Shown here one piece after another: positions 17,672-19,952 of a stretch of 19,952 bases of DNA. Origin of the DNA: Candidatus Oleincola secundus (GTDB lineage: Bacteria; Atribacterota; Phoenicimicrobiia; Phoenicimicrobiales; Stramentimicrobiaceae); contig JAGYLS010000029.1 of assembly GCA_018400815.1 (NCBI GenBank), forward strand, positions 1-19,952, in the 5' to 3' direction. The first letter of the stretch is position 1. Every line of letters begins with the position of its first letter. The notes under the pieces were generated by a model that did not search any database, was not told the DNA's origin, and saw nothing but the letters and a program-made list of their open reading frames with translations. The translations under genes and the position numbers were made by a program.

Positions 17672-18319
17672 ATGAATTTATTTCAATATGTTTCAGAAAA
17701 TTTTAATAATATACTTGGTCTTTTTGTGGAACACTTTTTTCTCTTCCTGGTTTCGCTGATTGTTACCACTATTATTGGTGTTACCTTAAGTATTATTGCC
17801 ACTGATGAAGGAAGAGAAAAAGTTGGCCAGGTTATTTTATCTATTACCGGAGCAGCACAGGCTGTTCCCTCTATTGCCGTAATTGCCCTGGTATTTATCT
17901 ATGTAGGTATCGGAAAATTTCCAGCTATTATTTCACTGATTATCTATAGCCTTGTTCCCGTTATCTTTAACGCCACATCGGGTATTTTGAGTGTCCCCAA
18001 AGGGGTCATTGAAGCAGGTAAAGGTATGGGGCTTACCAAAAAACAAATTCTCTGGAAGTTAAAAATTCCGATAGCTATCCCGGTTATTATGGGTGGTATA
18101 CGCAGTGCTGCCACTATTATTATAGGAACGGCGGTTATTGCTTCTGTAATCGGTGGTGGAGGTCTTGGTGATTTAATCTTTACCGGTTTAAAATTAGATA
18201 GACTGGATGCTTTAATAGTCGGGGCTACATCATCGGCAATATTAGCAATTATCGTTGATCGTATTTTAGCTTATGTCGAAAAAATAATTACCCCTAAAGG
18301 ACTTAAGATAGAAAGATAA
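17672..18319 (+). CDS. Osmoprotectant (glycine betaine/choline/proline) ABC transporter permease, 215 aa
   Basis: Multiple TM helices, QAVPSIA, EAA loop IEAGKGMGLTKKQILWKLKIP, IGGGGLGDLIFTG; OpuBB/OpuCB type. Confidence 0.93.
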   Translation: MNLFQYVSENFNNILGLFVEHFFLFLVSLIVTTIIGVTLSIIATDEGREKVGQVILSITGAAQAVPSIAVIALVFIYVGIGKFPAIISLIIYSLVPVIFNATSGILSVPKGVIEAGKGMGLTKKQILWKLKIPIAIPVIMGGIRSAATIIIGTAVIASVIGGGGLGDLIFTGLKLDRLDALIVGATSSAILAIIVDRILAYVEKIITPKGLKIER

Positions 18320-18344
18320 ATAAACAAATAAGGAGGAAATTTCT

Positions 18345-19247
18345 ATGAAGAAAAATTTGACAGTATTAACAATGATTTTGTGTTTAGTTTTAATGGTAAG
18401 TAGTATGGGTGTCTTTGCTCAGGATAAGAAAATCAAGGTGGGAGCCAAGGATTTTACTGAACAATATGTGATAGGACATATGATGTCAATTTTACTGGAA
18501 GAAAATGGCTTTGATGTATCAGAACAGTTCGGTACCGGAAGTACGGTTACCCGAAATGCGTTAGAATCGGGTCAGACTGACTTGTATGCAGAATACACCG
18601 GAACAGCTTCTCTGGTCTACTTCAAACACGATGAAGTAATTACTGAACCAGACGTTCTCTATGAAAAGGTAAAAGAAGAAGACCTGGAAGAAAACAATAT
18701 TGTCTGGTTAGAACGTTCAGATATTAATAATACCTATGCCATTGCAATTACCAAAAAACAGGCTGAAGAAAAAGGTATTACTACTTTATCTGATCTTGCA
18801 GAATATGTGAATCAGAATCAGGATCTTATCTGGGCTATTGACCATGAGTTTGCCGAAAGGGCAGATGGGTTACCTGGTCTGGCCGAACATTATGGCATGG
18901 ATATTCCAGAAGATAATATTAAAATAATGGAAATTGGTTTAACCTATGAGGCTGTAGATCGTGAGCAAGCAGATATCATGATGGTTTTTGCTACAGACGG
19001 AAAAATAAAAAAATATGATCTTCAGGTATTAGAAGACGACCAATATTTTTTCCCGGTTTATAATATCTGTGTAACCGTCAGAAAAGAAGTTCTGGACCAA
19101 TACCCGGAAATTGAAGAAATCATGAAACCCATTTCTGAATTGACTAATGAAGCCATTCAGGAATTAAACTATCAGGTCGACACTACCGGCTTACCGGAAG
19201 AATTGGTTGCCAAGAACTACCTGAATGAACAAGGTTATCTCGACTAA
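18345..19247 (+). CDS. Osmoprotectant ABC transporter substrate-binding protein, 300 aa
   Basis: AAGGAGG RBS; signal peptide ending VFA-Q; VGAKDFTEQ, DLYAEYTGT, NNTYA, EFAERADG, LEDDQYFFPVY. Confidence 0.93.
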   Translation: MKKNLTVLTMILCLVLMVSSMGVFAQDKKIKVGAKDFTEQYVIGHMMSILLEENGFDVSEQFGTGSTVTRNALESGQTDLYAEYTGTASLVYFKHDEVITEPDVLYEKVKEEDLEENNIVWLERSDINNTYAIAITKKQAEEKGITTLSDLAEYVNQNQDLIWAIDHEFAERADGLPGLAEHYGMDIPEDNIKIMEIGLTYEAVDREQADIMMVFATDGKIKKYDLQVLEDDQYFFPVYNICVTVRKEVLDQYPEIEEIMKPISELTNEAIQELNYQVDTTGLPEELVAKNYLNEQGYLD

Positions 19248-19268
19248 TTTAACAAAAAAAGTAAAAGC

Positions 19269-19305
19269 AAAAACCCGCTTTCTTCCATTAAGAAAGCGGG
19301 TTTTT
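19269..19305. terminator. Bidirectional rho-independent terminator
   Basis: AAAAACCCGCTTTCTT-CCATT-AAGAAAGCGGGTTTTT between convergent genes. Confidence 0.9.
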
Positions 19306-19399
19306 ATTTATATACCTTGTCCAACTAATTTCTACAATATTAATTCCAATCAACTCTATAGAATAAAAATATCACTGAAGAATACCTACTTATATTTAT

Positions 19400-19952
19400 C
19401 TATTTCATACTGGGGACAACTGTGTTTCCCGAAGGAATAATATAACTTTTAAAATCATCACCATGCTTTTTTCGAACATAATCAATTGCTGAATCAATAT
19501 TCTCCATCGATTTCATAAATAACTTTTTAACCTTTTCTTCGCTTAGTGAAGAAATAAGAATTATCTCTACCTCTTTAGCAACTCTGGCAATAGCATATGC
19601 CTTATGTCCACCTAAAACAAATCGCTCTTTTAATCTTCTCTCTATATCTTCAATAGAATCAGCTTCTTCAATCCACTTCTCAAAAATCTTATTGCCTAAA
19701 CCCTCTCTGCATTCTGCTACCAAAAGAATTGTTCCGCCTGGGTTAACTGCCTGATAGGCGTTATCTAATGCTTTTTGGGCTTGATACATATTAATATCTT
19801 TCGGATAACCTCCGGCACTAACAATAACAACATCTGATTTTTTCTTAATTGGAGCAAAATAGGTATTTTTACATATTCTAACTCCCCTATCCCAGGATGA
19901 TGTTATTTCTCCTGCCACCATATCTATGAGGTCACCATTTTCATCTGTAATA
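19400..19952 (-). CDS. larA: 3' part of a LarA-family nickel-dependent racemase/epimerase; starts beyond the window
   Basis: DVVIVSAGGYPKDINMYQAQKAL...GGTILLVAECREGLG and GGHKA; frame stays open to the window edge (ITDENGDLIDMVAG). Substrate not determinable. Confidence 0.85.
   Translation of the reverse strand, partial: ITDENGDLIDMVAGEITSSWDRGVRICKNTYFAPIKKKSDVVIVSAGGYPKDINMYQAQKALDNAYQAVNPGGTILLVAECREGLGNKIFEKWIEEADSIEDIERRLKERFVLGGHKAYAIARVAKEVEIILISSLSEEKVKKLFMKSMENIDSAIDYVRKKHGDDFKSYIIPSGNTVVPSMK

Noticed and set aside
17672..19952. Osmoprotectant transporter and larA as phage auxiliary metabolic genes
   Set aside because: They lie beyond a junction that truncates genes on both sides and look like ordinary chromosomal genes; the linkage may be artefactual.

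Overview
About 17.6 kb of the window (1 to ~17590) is the minus-strand virion morphogenesis operon of a divergent tailed phage, probably a siphovirus because no sheath gene is seen. In transcription order it runs: truncated fibre-like gene, fibre-associated protein, a near-consensus sigma70 promoter, a glycosyltransferase/pyruvyltransferase module, LamG lectin, terminase large subunit, portal, protease-scaffold, major capsid, GNAT-like ORF, neck and tail-completion genes, a membrane protein, tail tube, chaperones, tape measure and the start of the next tail gene. The stretch ~8960-11700 (3' portal, protease/scaffold, capsid start) is full of indels but still readable, and is most likely unpolished sequence. 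At a palindromic AAATTT (17585-17590) the phage DNA joins head-to-head with bacterial DNA, and a gene on each side is cut mid-frame with no att site or integrase. The bacterial part carries the end of an osmoprotectant ABC operon, a bidirectional terminator and the 3' part of a LarA-family gene. The best candidate for new biology is the separately promoted glycan-modification module inside the head operon: a GT2, a GT9 split into two lobes, and a pyruvyltransferase between the lobes. All family calls come from reading motifs by eye; no database search was run.
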